This document shows, piece by piece, positions 43,357 through 53,035 of a stretch of DNA of 64,000 nucleotides. Under the pieces are notes generated by a model, which worked only from the letters and a program-made list of their open reading frames with translations, searched no databases and had not been told where the DNA came from. This stretch comes from Alphaproteobacteria bacterium (GTDB lineage Bacteria > Pseudomonadota > Alphaproteobacteria > CADEGL01): NCBI GenBank assembly GCA_046153685.1, contig JBJXGH010000081.1:224-64223 (forward strand), in the 5' to 3' direction. How positions within the stretch are numbered: position 1 is the stretch's first letter; every line of letters begins with the position of its first letter. Both the position numbers and the translations under genes were made by a program.

Positions 43357-44958
43357 TCACCGCAGGGCTTCTTCCCGTTTCGGTGCGCCAGTGCGGCCGA
43401 AACGGAGCGCGAGAACCCCGGCTAGGGCGAAAGCGGGCACCAGGGCGAGATTTCCAAAGCGCGCGAAGAACGTCGCATTCTCAAGCGGCCGCGGGAGTTC
43501 GGCGTCAAGGACGCCGCGCGCGCCAAGATCGAGCCGGGCAAGGATGCGGCCATGGCCGTCGACGACGGCGGAAATGCCCGTGTTCGCCGCGCGCACCAGG
43601 GGCAGGCCTTCCTCGACCGCGCGTACCCGCGCGGCGGCGAAATGTTGATGGGGTCCCGAGCTCTCGCCGAACCAGGCGTCGTTGGTGATGTTGAGCAGCC
43701 AATCAGGCCGGTTTGCGCCGTCGACGACTCGGCCAGGGAAAATCGCCTCGTAACAGATGAGCGGCCCGAAGGGCGGAAGTCCGGGTACCACGAGCGTGCG
43801 CGGCCCCGGACCGGGCGAGAAATCGACCGCGCCCGCGGTGAGCTTGGCAATCGGCAAAATGCCGCGGAGCGGCACGAATTCACCGAACGGCACCAGATGA
43901 TGTTTGTCATATGTGGCAACGATGCGGCCCGCGCCATCGAGGGCATGGAAGGAGTTCCAGACCTGCAGGCCCTGGCCCGGTTCGCGCCGAGCGCGCAACG
44001 CGCCGGTCAGAAGCAGCCCGCCCGGCGGCACTGCGTCGGCAACCGCGGCACGCGCGCCGTCATCGCTCTCGAGAAAATACGCGGTCGCCGATTCGGGCCA
44101 AACGACGTGGCTGATGGCATCGAACCCCGGGCCGCGAGACAGTTCGACATGGGCGCGCAAATTGGCCGCGCGGTGATCCTCGCGCCATTTCGCCTGTTGA
44201 GCGATGTGGGGTTGAACCAGGCGCAGCCGCACACCCGAAACCGCGCCCGCCTCGGGTGCGCTCGACAGACGCGCCGCGCCAAAACCCCAAATACCGAGGG
44301 GCACCAGAGCGAACAGGACGGCCGCCGCCCACCGATGGCGCGGCGCCAGGCCCGCCTCACCCCAAGACGCGGGCAGAGCCGCGATGCCAACCGTCCAAAG
44401 GCTCAAGCCATAGGCGCCGACGATGGCGGCAGGCTGAATCATGGCTGCCGAGAACGACCAAGTATGGCCCGCGAGGTTCCAAGGAAATCCCGTGAGAATC
44501 GTGCCGCGCAGCCATTCGGCGACCACCCAGCACAGAGCGAAGGCGGCGGCGCGGCCGATGCCGCAGAGACGCAGACTCGAGGCCGCCCAAATGCCGAGGG
44601 CCGGAAACAGCGCGAGGCCCGCAGGCACGCCGAGAACGCAAAACGGCACCAGCCACCAGAACCGCGCCGCGTCGGTCAGCAGCGACAAGGCAATCCAATA
44701 GAGCCCGGGTACGAAATAGCCGAAGCCAAACCACCACCCAAGCCAAATCCGCGCGCGCGCGGGCTTGCGCGCACCGGCACACCCGTCGAGAAGCCACAAC
44801 AATCCCGTGAACCCGACCGCAAGTGCTGGAAAGGCAAAGACCGGCGCGAAGGCGGCGGCGGCGATCGCGCCCAGCGCGAAGGCTAGGCCCATGCGCCGCG
44901 CCGGCCTGCCGGCCGCCGAGGCCACCCATAGAGCCATGCGGCCGAACGCGGCGAACAC
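43357..44958 (-). CDS. lnt: apolipoprotein N-acyltransferase
   Basis: Multi-TM N-terminus plus a C-terminal nitrilase/CN-hydrolase domain with the catalytic E-K-C region (VVWPESA, KHHLVPFGEFVP, PLICYEAIFP). Confidence 0.9.
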   Translation of the reverse strand: MFAAFGRMALWVASAAGRPARRMGLAFALGAIAAAAFAPVFAFPALAVGFTGLLWLLDGCAGARKPARARIWLGWWFGFGYFVPGLYWIALSLLTDAARFWWLVPFCVLGVPAGLALFPALGIWAASSLRLCGIGRAAAFALCWVVAEWLRGTILTGFPWNLAGHTWSFSAAMIQPAAIVGAYGLSLWTVGIAALPASWGEAGLAPRHRWAAAVLFALVPLGIWGFGAARLSSAPEAGAVSGVRLRLVQPHIAQQAKWREDHRAANLRAHVELSRGPGFDAISHVVWPESATAYFLESDDGARAAVADAVPPGGLLLTGALRARREPGQGLQVWNSFHALDGAGRIVATYDKHHLVPFGEFVPLRGILPIAKLTAGAVDFSPGPGPRTLVVPGLPPFGPLICYEAIFPGRVVDGANRPDWLLNITNDAWFGESSGPHQHFAAARVRAVEEGLPLVRAANTGISAVVDGHGRILARLDLGARGVLDAELPRPLENATFFARFGNLALVPAFALAGVLALRFGRTGAPKREEALR

Positions 44959-44960
44959 GA

Positions 44961-45905
44961 TCAGTCGCCGCTTCGGACGGGATCCGCGACGGAACGGCTC
45001 CCGTCCAATCCGCGCACACGAAGTCGGCGCAAGCGCCGCGCGTCGCTTTCGAGAATCTCGAATTCAAGGCCCGAGCCGTGGCGCACGATCTCCCCGCGCC
45101 CTGGAACACGCCCGGCAATGGAAACCACGAGGCCGCCGAGAGTGTCGATATCGGCTCTTTCTTCCTCGGTCAGAATGGGACCGACCTGGGCCTCGAATTC
45201 CTCGAGCGTGGCGCGCGCATCGGCCGCAAGCGTGCCGTCTGGCCGGACGACGATCTTGGGGCCCTTGGCCTCGTCGTGCTCGTCCTCGATCTCGCCGACG
45301 ATTTCCTCGACCAAGTCCTCGATCGTCACGAGGCCGTCGATGCCGCCGTATTCGTCAACCACGAGCGCGATATGTGTGCGGCTTTGGCGCATCTGGAGCA
45401 AAAGATCGAGCGCGCGCATCGAGGGCGCGACGAACAAAACCTTGCGCAAGATATGCTGTAACGAGAACGGTGTCTCGGCGTGCCAAAAGCGCAGCACGTC
45501 CTTGATGTGCACCATGCCGATGACATCGTCGAGAGATTCGCGGAACACGGGCATGCGCGAATGCGCCTCGGCGCTTAGCGTCTTGACCAAGTCCTCGAGC
45601 CCCGTGGTGGCCTCGACGGCGACGATATCGGCGCGCGGCACCATGACGTCCTCGGCCGTTACGTCGCCAAGATGCAGAACATTCGTCAAAAGTCGGCGTT
45701 CGTCGATTTCCGCCGGGCTGGCATCGGCGGAATAATCCTCGATGAGTTCGGCCACGCTTTCGCGCAGCGAGCCTTCGTCCTCGCGCCAACCGAACACGCC
45801 GCGCAACCAATCGCGCAACGAGCGGCGCCCGCCCTCCTGGTCACGAGGCGCGGCCGCGCTTGCGGCCTGCTCGGGTTTCTTACGCGGCATAGGGGACTCG
45901 GCCAC
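44961..45905 (-). CDS. corC: CBS-domain plus CorC/HlyC transporter-associated protein (CorC/TlyC family)
   Basis: Two CBS domains and a C-terminal CorC_HlyC region. In the ybeX position of the ybeZYX-lnt cluster. Confidence 0.85.
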   Translation of the reverse strand: MAESPMPRKKPEQAASAAAPRDQEGGRRSLRDWLRGVFGWREDEGSLRESVAELIEDYSADASPAEIDERRLLTNVLHLGDVTAEDVMVPRADIVAVEATTGLEDLVKTLSAEAHSRMPVFRESLDDVIGMVHIKDVLRFWHAETPFSLQHILRKVLFVAPSMRALDLLLQMRQSRTHIALVVDEYGGIDGLVTIEDLVEEIVGEIEDEHDEAKGPKIVVRPDGTLAADARATLEEFEAQVGPILTEEERADIDTLGGLVVSIAGRVPGRGEIVRHGSGLEFEILESDARRLRRLRVRGLDGSRSVADPVRSGD

Positions 45906-45908
45906 GGG

Positions 45909-46406
45909 CTACGCCGCCCGCGCGCGATATGGATCGGGCACGCCAAGTCGCGCCAGAATCCGAATCTCGCGCGCTTCCATGTCGTCCGCCGCCTTGGCGC
46001 GGATGTGATCGAAGCCCAAGAGATGCAGTACGCCGTGGACGACCAAATGGCTCAGATGATCGGCGGCCTTTAGACGCGCGGCGCGTGCCTCGGCGCGCAC
46101 GGTTTGGCGCGCGAGCACTACGTCGCCGAGCGCCCGCGCGCGCCCGGTGCCCGCATCGTCCGCGGGAAACGCCAAGACATTGGTTGGGCGATTCTTACCC
46201 CGGAACCGGCGGTTGAGCGCGCGGACATGCGCGTCGGAGGTCAGCACCACCGTCACCGTTCCAGAACCGGCCTTGGAGCCGGCGAGCGCCGCGCGCGCCG
46301 CGCGGCGGCAAAGCCGCGCATGGGTTGGCGCGTCACCCCAGGCCGTGTCGAGTATCACCACCTCGACGCGCGGCGGCGAGCGGCCCCGCCGTGTTCCGCC
46401 GATCAT
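45909..46406 (-). CDS. ybeY: rRNA maturation endoribonuclease YbeY
   Basis: HxxxH...H metal-binding motif (HLVVHGVLHLLGFDH). Confidence 0.9.
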   Translation of the reverse strand: MIGGTRRGRSPPRVEVVILDTAWGDAPTHARLCRRAARAALAGSKAGSGTVTVVLTSDAHVRALNRRFRGKNRPTNVLAFPADDAGTGRARALGDVVLARQTVRAEARAARLKAADHLSHLVVHGVLHLLGFDHIRAKAADDMEAREIRILARLGVPDPYRARAA

Positions 46407-47410
46407 CGGCGCGGATCGAACGCCGCGGGTTCGCCGCCCTTGGACCGCTCGTCATAGGCTCGAACGATGCGCATGACCAAGGGATGGCGAACCACGTCAG
46501 CCTCGGTGAACGTGATCGTGGTCACCCCTTCGACGCCGCAAAGCGTGGTCATGGCATCAACCATGCCCGAAGGCACGCCCGGGGGCAGATCAACCTGGCT
46601 GATATCGCCGGTAACGACCATGCGCGAATTCTCGCCAAGCCGCGTGAGAAACATCTTCATTTGCCCGGCGGTGCAGTTCTGGGCCTCGTCCAAAATCACG
46701 AAGGCGTTGGACAGCGTGCGTCCACGCATGAAGGCGAGCGGAGCGATTTCAATCTCGCCATTCTCAAGTTTGTGGGCGACTTGTTCGGCGGGCAGCATGT
46801 CGTAAAGCGCGTCATACAGCGGCCGCAGATAGGGATCGACTTTTTCCTTGAGGTCGCCCGGCAGAAAGCCGAGGCGCTCGCCGGCTTCGACGGCGGGGCG
46901 CGAAAGAACGATGCGGTCGAATTGACCGCGCAGCATGAGCGAGGCCGCGGTGGCGACGGCGAGATAGGTCTTGCCCGTGCCCGCGGGCCCTTGCGCGAAA
47001 ACCAGATCCGACATTTGCAGCGCCCGAAGATAGGCCGCCTGGACCGGCGTGCGCGCCGCGATTTGGCGCTTGCGCGTTTGTATGTTCTCGCGCACTACCT
47101 CGCCCTTCGCTCCGCCACTGGCCGCGTGGGCCGCCAAGCGTACTGCCGCATCGACCTCGCCCGTGTCCACGGGCATGCCGCGTTTGAGGCGGCCGTAAAG
47201 CTCGGCAAGCGCGCGGCGCGCCACCTCGATGCCCTGCTCGGGCCCGGCGATGGCCACGCGATTGCCGCGCGTGGCGACCGAGACACCGAGCTGTTTCTCG
47301 ATGCGCGCGAGGAACTCGTCGTGTTGTCCGAACAACGCCGATAGCAGGCGGTTGTCGTCGAACTGAAGGTGAATGGGCTTGCCGCTCGGGGATGCGGATG
47401 CGTGGTTCAA
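46403..47410 (-). CDS. ybeZ: PhoH-family ATPase (YbeZ)
   Basis: Walker [14 protein letters not shown] and Walker [10 protein letters not shown] 4-bp overlap with ybeY and with miaB. Confidence 0.9.
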   Translation of the reverse strand: MNHASASPSGKPIHLQFDDNRLLSALFGQHDEFLARIEKQLGVSVATRGNRVAIAGPEQGIEVARRALAELYGRLKRGMPVDTGEVDAAVRLAAHAASGGAKGEVVRENIQTRKRQIAARTPVQAAYLRALQMSDLVFAQGPAGTGKTYLAVATAASLMLRGQFDRIVLSRPAVEAGERLGFLPGDLKEKVDPYLRPLYDALYDMLPAEQVAHKLENGEIEIAPLAFMRGRTLSNAFVILDEAQNCTAGQMKMFLTRLGENSRMVVTGDISQVDLPPGVPSGMVDAMTTLCGVEGVTTITFTEADVVRHPLVMRIVRAYDERSKGGEPAAFDPRR

Positions 47411-48933
47411 CCGGTGGATCCTCCCATAGTTCGATCGGATCGGGTTCGATCGGGTCGCGACGATTTGGGCGCCGACGACAGCTCGACGCGCTGATTTACG
47501 CGCGTTGCGCCGCTATCGACAAGCGCGCCAGCCAGGCTGTTGGCGTGGGCGGCAAGCACGCGCACGGGCGCGATCGTGCCGAACGACTCCGCGGGCGCGG
47601 CGACGTGAACGGCCTGCATGTATGGACTGCGACCGATAAGCTGGCCCGGATGGGCGCCGCGACGCTCGAACAATACCTCGACCGTGCGACCGATGAATCC
47701 GCGGTTGAAGCCGAGCTGTTGCTCGACGAGCAAATCCTGCAGGCGCCGCAAGCGCTCGGCCTTCACGGCCTCATCGACCCGTTCGGATTTGTCGGCGGCG
47801 GGCGTGCCCGGGCGCGGGCTGTATTTGAACGAATAGGCTTGGGCAAAGCCAATTTCGCGCACGATTGCGAGGGTCGCCTCGAAATCCGCGTCGGTTTCGC
47901 CGGGGAAACCGACGATGAAGTCGCTCGACAGCGCGATATCGGGCCGCGCGCGGCGCACGCGCGCGACGGTTTCGCGGTACTCGTCCGCCGTATGGCGTCG
48001 GTTCATGGCGGCAAGCACGCGATCGGAACCCGACTGAACCGGCAAATGCAGATGTGGCATGAGCGCGGCAACATCGCGGTGGGCGGCGATAAGGTCGGCG
48101 GCGACATCGCCTGGATGGGACGTGGTGTAGCGCAAGCGCGCGAGTCCCGTAAGACGCGCAAGACGCGTGATCAGCGCGCCAAGACCCACGGGGCCGTCCG
48201 CGCCGGCGCCGCGATAGGCATTGACATTCTGGCCGAGCAATGTGAGTTCGCGCGCGCCCAGGCCGATCAGCAGGCGCGCCTCTTCCTCGATGTCGGCGGG
48301 CGGGCGGGAAAACTCCGCGCCGCGCGTATAAGGCACCACGCAGAAGCTGCAGAACTTGTCACAGCCTTCCTGAATCGTGAGAAAAGCGGCGGGGCCGCGC
48401 GCGGCGCTCTCGGCCGGTAGAGCCGCGAATTTCGATTCCGCGGGAAAATCGGTGTCCAGGCGAGCAGCATACGACGCCGCGCCTTTGCCCAGTGCCCGCC
48501 CCCCCGCCTCGACCGCGGCTATCATGTCGGCGAGGCGGTGATAGGCTTGCGGCCCCACGACCACATCCACGACCGGCGCGCGACGCAAAATCTCCGCGCC
48601 CTCGGCTTGAGCAACGCAGCCGGCGACACCCACCATCAAAGCTCGGCCCTCGGCCGCGCGCTCGCGCTTTGCCCGCGCCAGGCGCCCGAGCTCGGAAAAC
48701 ACCTTTTCCGAAGCCTTCTCGCGGATATGGCAGGTGTTGAGGAGCACCAAATCGGCCGCCGCCGCCGAATCGGCTTGCTCATAGCCGAGCGGCGCCAGGA
48801 CATCCGCCATGCGCGCGGAGTCGTAGACGTTCATCTGGCAGCCATAGGTCTTGATGAAGAGCTTTTTGGTCACGCGCTGCTCTCGGCCCGCGCTCCGTTG
48901 CCGGTTCGACCCGCCATTCGTAGGCAAAATCAA
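47407..48933 (-). CDS. miaB: tRNA-2-methylthio-N6-dimethylallyladenosine synthase
   Basis: UPF0004 N-terminus ([17 protein letters not shown]), the radical-SAM CxxxCxxC (CDKFCSFC), and a TRAM domain. The likely true start is the GTG at 48873 (VTKKLF); the maximal ORF is reported. Confidence 0.9.
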   Translation of the reverse strand: MILPTNGGSNRQRSAGREQRVTKKLFIKTYGCQMNVYDSARMADVLAPLGYEQADSAAAADLVLLNTCHIREKASEKVFSELGRLARAKRERAAEGRALMVGVAGCVAQAEGAEILRRAPVVDVVVGPQAYHRLADMIAAVEAGGRALGKGAASYAARLDTDFPAESKFAALPAESAARGPAAFLTIQEGCDKFCSFCVVPYTRGAEFSRPPADIEEEARLLIGLGARELTLLGQNVNAYRGAGADGPVGLGALITRLARLTGLARLRYTTSHPGDVAADLIAAHRDVAALMPHLHLPVQSGSDRVLAAMNRRHTADEYRETVARVRRARPDIALSSDFIVGFPGETDADFEATLAIVREIGFAQAYSFKYSPRPGTPAADKSERVDEAVKAERLRRLQDLLVEQQLGFNRGFIGRTVEVLFERRGAHPGQLIGRSPYMQAVHVAAPAESFGTIAPVRVLAAHANSLAGALVDSGATRVNQRVELSSAPKSSRPDRTRSDRTMGGSTG

Positions 48934-49045
48934 AGCTCTAACGCGGTATGCGCCACGGTTTCGACACTAGCACCGGCACTCCTCATGTCAAGTTATCCGC
49001 GCCGCGCATTACCCCATTGTGAACCCGCCAAAAAAAGGCGGCCGA

Positions 49046-49864
49046 TCAAGTCCCCGGCGCAGCCACTTGCGGGTTCGCGGCGAACTGTCTCCTGCCCGAG
49101 AGCGCCGCGGACAACCCGCCAGCCACGAGATTCCGGCAATGCAAGGCCAAGGCCTTGCGGCTGCCGAACGCGGCCAAGGTTGCGGTCGGATGGAACTCGA
49201 CCTCCACAGTGACGGTGCCAAGCGCGGCCACCCCCCACATGTGAGAGGCCATATCCATATCGCCATACCAAGCGTAATACGGCCGGAGATTGCGCCCAAT
49301 GGGCATGCCGTCCAGGCGCGTGAAGGCGATCGACACCGGCTGCACCACGAGCGGGGGCAAGCCCTCGGGGCGCTCTGCGACGGCAAAGAGCGCGCTCTTG
49401 AACGGCAGGATCCGATTGCCGTCGCTGCTCGTGCCTTCGGGAAACAAGATCAGATCATCGCCCGCCGCGAGCCGCGCCGCGATCTCGTCGCGCTGGCCCT
49501 TGGCCGCGCGTGCACTGCGATCGACGAATACGGTGCGCTGGAGTTTCGCCAAAATTCCGAACAGGGGCCAGCGCGCGACCTCGGACTTGGCAACAAAACA
49601 ACCCTCGATCAGCGCGCCAAGCACGCTGATGTCGAGATAGGAAGTATGATTGCAAACGAACAAGACCGGGTGTTCGCGACACGGCCGCCCGCGCGTTTCG
49701 ATCTTGATGCCGAGGATGCGGCAGCACGTCCGGTGATAGAACTGCGGCAGGCGCTTGGCCGCGCGCACGCCGACCACGACGAGCACGATTTGCAACGGAA
49801 TGAGGGCGAGCGTCCAAGCGAAATACGCCAACAGCCGGCAAGCCGCACGGATAGGCGAACCCAT
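49046..49864 (-). CDS. olsA: lysophospholipid/lyso-ornithine-lipid O-acyltransferase (PlsC family, OlsA-like)
   Basis: HX4D acyltransferase motif (NHTSYLD) and a PEGT motif (FPEGTSSDG). Immediately downstream of the olsB-like gene. Confidence 0.65.
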   Translation of the reverse strand: MGSPIRAACRLLAYFAWTLALIPLQIVLVVVGVRAAKRLPQFYHRTCCRILGIKIETRGRPCREHPVLFVCNHTSYLDISVLGALIEGCFVAKSEVARWPLFGILAKLQRTVFVDRSARAAKGQRDEIAARLAAGDDLILFPEGTSSDGNRILPFKSALFAVAERPEGLPPLVVQPVSIAFTRLDGMPIGRNLRPYYAWYGDMDMASHMWGVAALGTVTVEVEFHPTATLAAFGSRKALALHCRNLVAGGLSAALSGRRQFAANPQVAAPGT

Positions 49865-49868
49865 GGCG

Positions 49869-50720
49869 TCAGGCGGACTCGCCCAGGCGCGGATCGTCGC
49901 GCGTGTAGTGCTTCATGTAGCGCTCGGTCACATTGAACGTCTTGACCACGACGCAGATGTCGATGGTGTTGAACTGCGGGTCGATCACCGCGCCATCGCC
50001 GATGAAAGCGCCCAGGCGCAGATAGCCCTTGATGAGCGGCGGCAGGGCCGACAGCGCGCGTTTGACGTCGATGCTCGCCGGCGCCAATCGCCGCATGTCG
50101 AGATAGCGCGACTCGATCGCGCGCGGGCGCAACTCGGGCGGGGCCAGGTGGTGAAAATACAGATACGCCAGCTGCTCGGATATTTCGTTGGGATCGGTAC
50201 CCGGCAGGCTCGCACAGCCGAACAGAAGCTCGATGCGGTGGTGAAACACGTAATTGGCGATGCCGCGCCAGAGCAATTGCATGGTCGCCCGATTGCGGTA
50301 ATCGGCCGCCACGCACGACCGTCCGAGTTCGAGCACCTGGCCCGCTTGCGCGAGAATCGGCGTGATGTCGTATTCGTCCGCCGTGTAGAAGCCGCCATGG
50401 GATTCGGCGACGGCGCGGCGGATGAGCCGATAGGTGCCGACGACCTTGCCCGTCCGGCCGGGCCCCGCCTTTTCGTCGATGACCAGGAGATGATCGCAGA
50501 TCTCGTCGAAGTGATCGAAGTCCTGCCGGCGCACGGCCATTTCGGCCGTGGGCTTCGCCGCGCGCTCTTCGTAGAAAACCTGGTAGCGCAAGTCCAGAGA
50601 GGCGTCGATTTCGGCACGCGTTTCGGCCAGGCGTACCCTGAGGCTGCCCGCGCGCGCTTCGACGATTCGCGCGCCTGACGCGCCAGGACCAATCCGCTCG
50701 CCCAATCGCAAATCGGTCAT
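49869..50720 (-). CDS. olsB: ornithine-acyl-ACP N-acyltransferase (OlsB-like GNAT/hemolysin-like family)
   Basis: 283 aa with the conserved FDHFDEICDHLLVID and GTYRL motifs that I recall as characteristic of OlsB. Start overlaps the fur stop (ATGA). Confidence 0.65.
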   Translation of the reverse strand: MTDLRLGERIGPGASGARIVEARAGSLRVRLAETRAEIDASLDLRYQVFYEERAAKPTAEMAVRRQDFDHFDEICDHLLVIDEKAGPGRTGKVVGTYRLIRRAVAESHGGFYTADEYDITPILAQAGQVLELGRSCVAADYRNRATMQLLWRGIANYVFHHRIELLFGCASLPGTDPNEISEQLAYLYFHHLAPPELRPRAIESRYLDMRRLAPASIDVKRALSALPPLIKGYLRLGAFIGDGAVIDPQFNTIDICVVVKTFNVTERYMKHYTRDDPRLGESA

Positions 50721-51187
50721 TTCGCCTCGCCCGCCGCGCGGCGGCCGGTCCGGCGGCGCTTGCCCTTCAGCGGCACGCCATACAGCGCCAAGCGGTGATC
50801 GACAAGCCGATACCCCAGTTTCTTGGCGACACGGCGCTGCAAGCGCTCGATTTCCTCGCTGTAGAATTCGAAGACCGCACCCGACGCCATATCGATCAGG
50901 TGGTCGTGGTGGGAATCGGGGACGATTTCGTAACGCGCGCGCCCTTGGCCGAATTCGTGTCGCTCGAGGATTTTCGCCTCCTCGAGCAGGCGGACGGTGC
51001 GGTAAACGGTTGCAAGGCTAATTCTCCGGTCGATTTCGACGGCGCGGCGATGGACCTGTTCGACATCCGGATGATCGATCGCCTCGGATAGGATCCGCGC
51101 AATGACCCGGCGCTGGCCGGTCATTTTGAGGCCGGTTTCGGCACAGCGTCGCTCGATGTGCGACTGAATGATGGAACGACTAGGCAT
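50717..51187 (-). CDS. fur: Fur-family metalloregulator (Fur/Mur-like, single Cys, HHDH motif)
   Basis: 156 aa from the internal ATG (MPSRSIIQ...). Winged helix (ISLATVYRTVRLLEE) and the metal-site motif HHDH. The long N-terminal extension of the maximal ORF is rejected. Confidence 0.8.
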   Translation of the reverse strand: MPSRSIIQSHIERRCAETGLKMTGQRRVIARILSEAIDHPDVEQVHRRAVEIDRRISLATVYRTVRLLEEAKILERHEFGQGRARYEIVPDSHHDHLIDMASGAVFEFYSEEIERLQRRVAKKLGYRLVDHRLALYGVPLKGKRRRTGRRAAGEAK

Positions 51188-51201
51188 TTTCACCCGCCAC
51201 A

Positions 51202-51699
51202 CTATACCCGAATCCGAAGCGCCGCGGCGAATCGGCCTTCGTCCGAACCGCTCAATCCGACCGTCAGCGCCAGCGCATCGACGGCCGGCCGGCCGGGCAC
51301 GGCATAATAGCCCTTCCGGCGCCCGGTCTGGGAAAAGCCCAGCGCCGCGTAGAGCGCGCGCGCGGGAGCGTTGTCCTCGGCGACCTCCAGATGGACGCGA
51401 GCGACCCCTTGCTTTTGCAGGCGCGACAAGGCCTCGGTGAGAATCGCACGGCCGGCACCGCGACGGCGCGCGTTCGGCAGGGTACCCATGGTCAGGATTT
51501 CCGCCTCGTCGGCAATGACGCGGCACAGCACAAAGGCACGCGGGTCGCGGGCGTCATCGACCACCGCGAAGGCGCCGGGCGAGGAAAGAATCGCGCGAAA
51601 GGCGTGCTCGTCCCAAACCTCGTCGAAGCACCGCCCGTGCAGCGCGGCCAACGGCGATGCCGCGGCAGGGCCCGCGAGCGTCATCGGCGGCGCGGTCAT
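51202..51699 (-). CDS. rimI: ribosomal-protein-alanine N-acetyltransferase RimI-like GNAT
   Basis: GNAT acetyl-CoA motif (RRRGAGRAIL). Sits between tsaB and fur as in many alphaproteobacteria. Confidence 0.75.
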   Translation of the reverse strand: MTAPPMTLAGPAAASPLAALHGRCFDEVWDEHAFRAILSSPGAFAVVDDARDPRAFVLCRVIADEAEILTMGTLPNARRRGAGRAILTEALSRLQKQGVARVHLEVAEDNAPARALYAALGFSQTGRRKGYYAVPGRPAVDALALTVGLSGSDEGRFAAALRIRV

Positions 51700-52367
51700 A
51701 TAGCGCCTTCGGCGCGCGTGACATCCGGCGCCCGGAGATAGATCGGGCGAGGCGCCAGCAAGTTTTCGCCGGCACCGAGACGGCGCGCGGCGAGCGCTGC
51801 GAGGGCGGCGGCATCGGGTAAATCCGCACCGTCGAGTTCGCGCGCAAAGCGCCCGGCTGAAGCAAAAGCGCGTAGGAACCGCACCCGCCCGTCACCCGCG
51901 ACGGCATCCGCCGCATGGCTCACGGCGAGCGCCTCGGGCGCGCACAAGACCGCTTCATCAAGCGGCACGCCGGATACGTCATAGCGCTGGGCCGCCAATT
52001 CATGCCGCTTGCATTCGAGCACAACCAAAAGATTTTCCGCGCCCTGCAGCCATTCGCGCGCCACCTCGGCGACCACGTCCGTGGTGCGCATACCCCAAAC
52101 CGGAACCGCATGCGCCAAGCCAAAACCGCGGGCAGCGGCGAGGCCAATTCGCACGCCGGTGAAGCTGCCGGGCCCGACCGTGGCAACGATGGCGTCCAGA
52201 TCGCCAAACGACAACCCAGCCTCGGACATGACCGCCAGCGCCATCGGCACGATGGCCTCGGACTGGCCGGTCACCATGGCGACCCACCGACGCCCACGCG
52301 CCGCGCCATCGGCCCATGCAGCCGCGGAACAGCAGGAGACGGCGCAATCGAGAGCAAGAAGACGCAT
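51696..52367 (-). CDS. tsaB: tRNA threonylcarbamoyladenosine biosynthesis protein TsaB (YeaZ)
   Basis: The N-terminal LALDCA motif and an ASKHA fold lacking the Kae1 metal site. A 4-bp overlap with rimI. Confidence 0.85.
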   Translation of the reverse strand: MRLLALDCAVSCCSAAAWADGAARGRRWVAMVTGQSEAIVPMALAVMSEAGLSFGDLDAIVATVGPGSFTGVRIGLAAARGFGLAHAVPVWGMRTTDVVAEVAREWLQGAENLLVVLECKRHELAAQRYDVSGVPLDEAVLCAPEALAVSHAADAVAGDGRVRFLRAFASAGRFARELDGADLPDAAALAALAARRLGAGENLLAPRPIYLRAPDVTRAEGAI

Positions 52368-52374
52368 CGGACGA

Positions 52375-53007
52375 TCAGATTACGGTACAGGCCTCGTCGA
52401 AAGCCAGGCGTGCATTGCGCGCATCGAGCGAGGCGCGGTCGCCATGGCCGAGATTGCAAAGAAAATTGGACCGCACCCTGCCGCCCGGAAAGAAGACCTC
52501 ATCAACCATCGCGTTGTCGAATCCGGACATTGGCCCGCAATCCAGTCCCAAAGAGCGCGCGGCCAGGATGAGATAGGCGCCCTGCATGGAACCGTTGCGA
52601 AACGCGGTGATGCCAGCGGCCTTGGGATCGTCCGCGAACCACGCGCGCGCATCGGCCTGGCGGTAAAGGCGGGGCAGGAACTCGAAGAAAGACAGATCGT
52701 GGCCGATGATCGCGGTCACCGGCGCGGCCATGGTTTGCGCGACATTGCCGGGTGCGAGGCACGGCTTTAGCCGTGCCTTCGCCTCGGCGCTACGGACGAA
52801 AACGATCCGTGCCGGGCTGCAATTGGCCGAAGTCGGCGCCAGGCACGCCAGATCGTAGAGCGCGCGCAGCGTCTCATCGCCGATTTCGCGTTCTTGCCAA
52901 CGGCGAAACGTCCGCGCCTCACGAAAGACGAGGTCAAGCGCGCGGTCGTCGAGGCGGCTATGGGATGTGTCGGGCGGCATGGTTGCATTCCCCCTATCCG
53001 GCGACAT
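52375..53007 (-). CDS. nitroreductase-family protein (RutE/malonic semialdehyde reductase-like)
   Basis: 210 aa, FMN-nitroreductase fold (RRWQEREI...LAPTSANCSPARIV). Confidence 0.7.
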   Translation of the reverse strand: MSPDRGNATMPPDTSHSRLDDRALDLVFREARTFRRWQEREIGDETLRALYDLACLAPTSANCSPARIVFVRSAEAKARLKPCLAPGNVAQTMAAPVTAIIGHDLSFFEFLPRLYRQADARAWFADDPKAAGITAFRNGSMQGAYLILAARSLGLDCGPMSGFDNAMVDEVFFPGGRVRSNFLCNLGHGDRASLDARNARLAFDEACTVI

Positions 53008-53035
53008 CGCACCGCAGCCCTTCGCGAGCGCGAGG

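Noticed and set aside
48934-49045. A terminator or DnaA box (TTATCCGCG) in the miaB-olsA spacer.
   Set aside because: The CGCC-a7-GGCG hairpin has only a 4-5-bp stem with the A/T tract in the loop. A single 7/9 box match is not meaningful.
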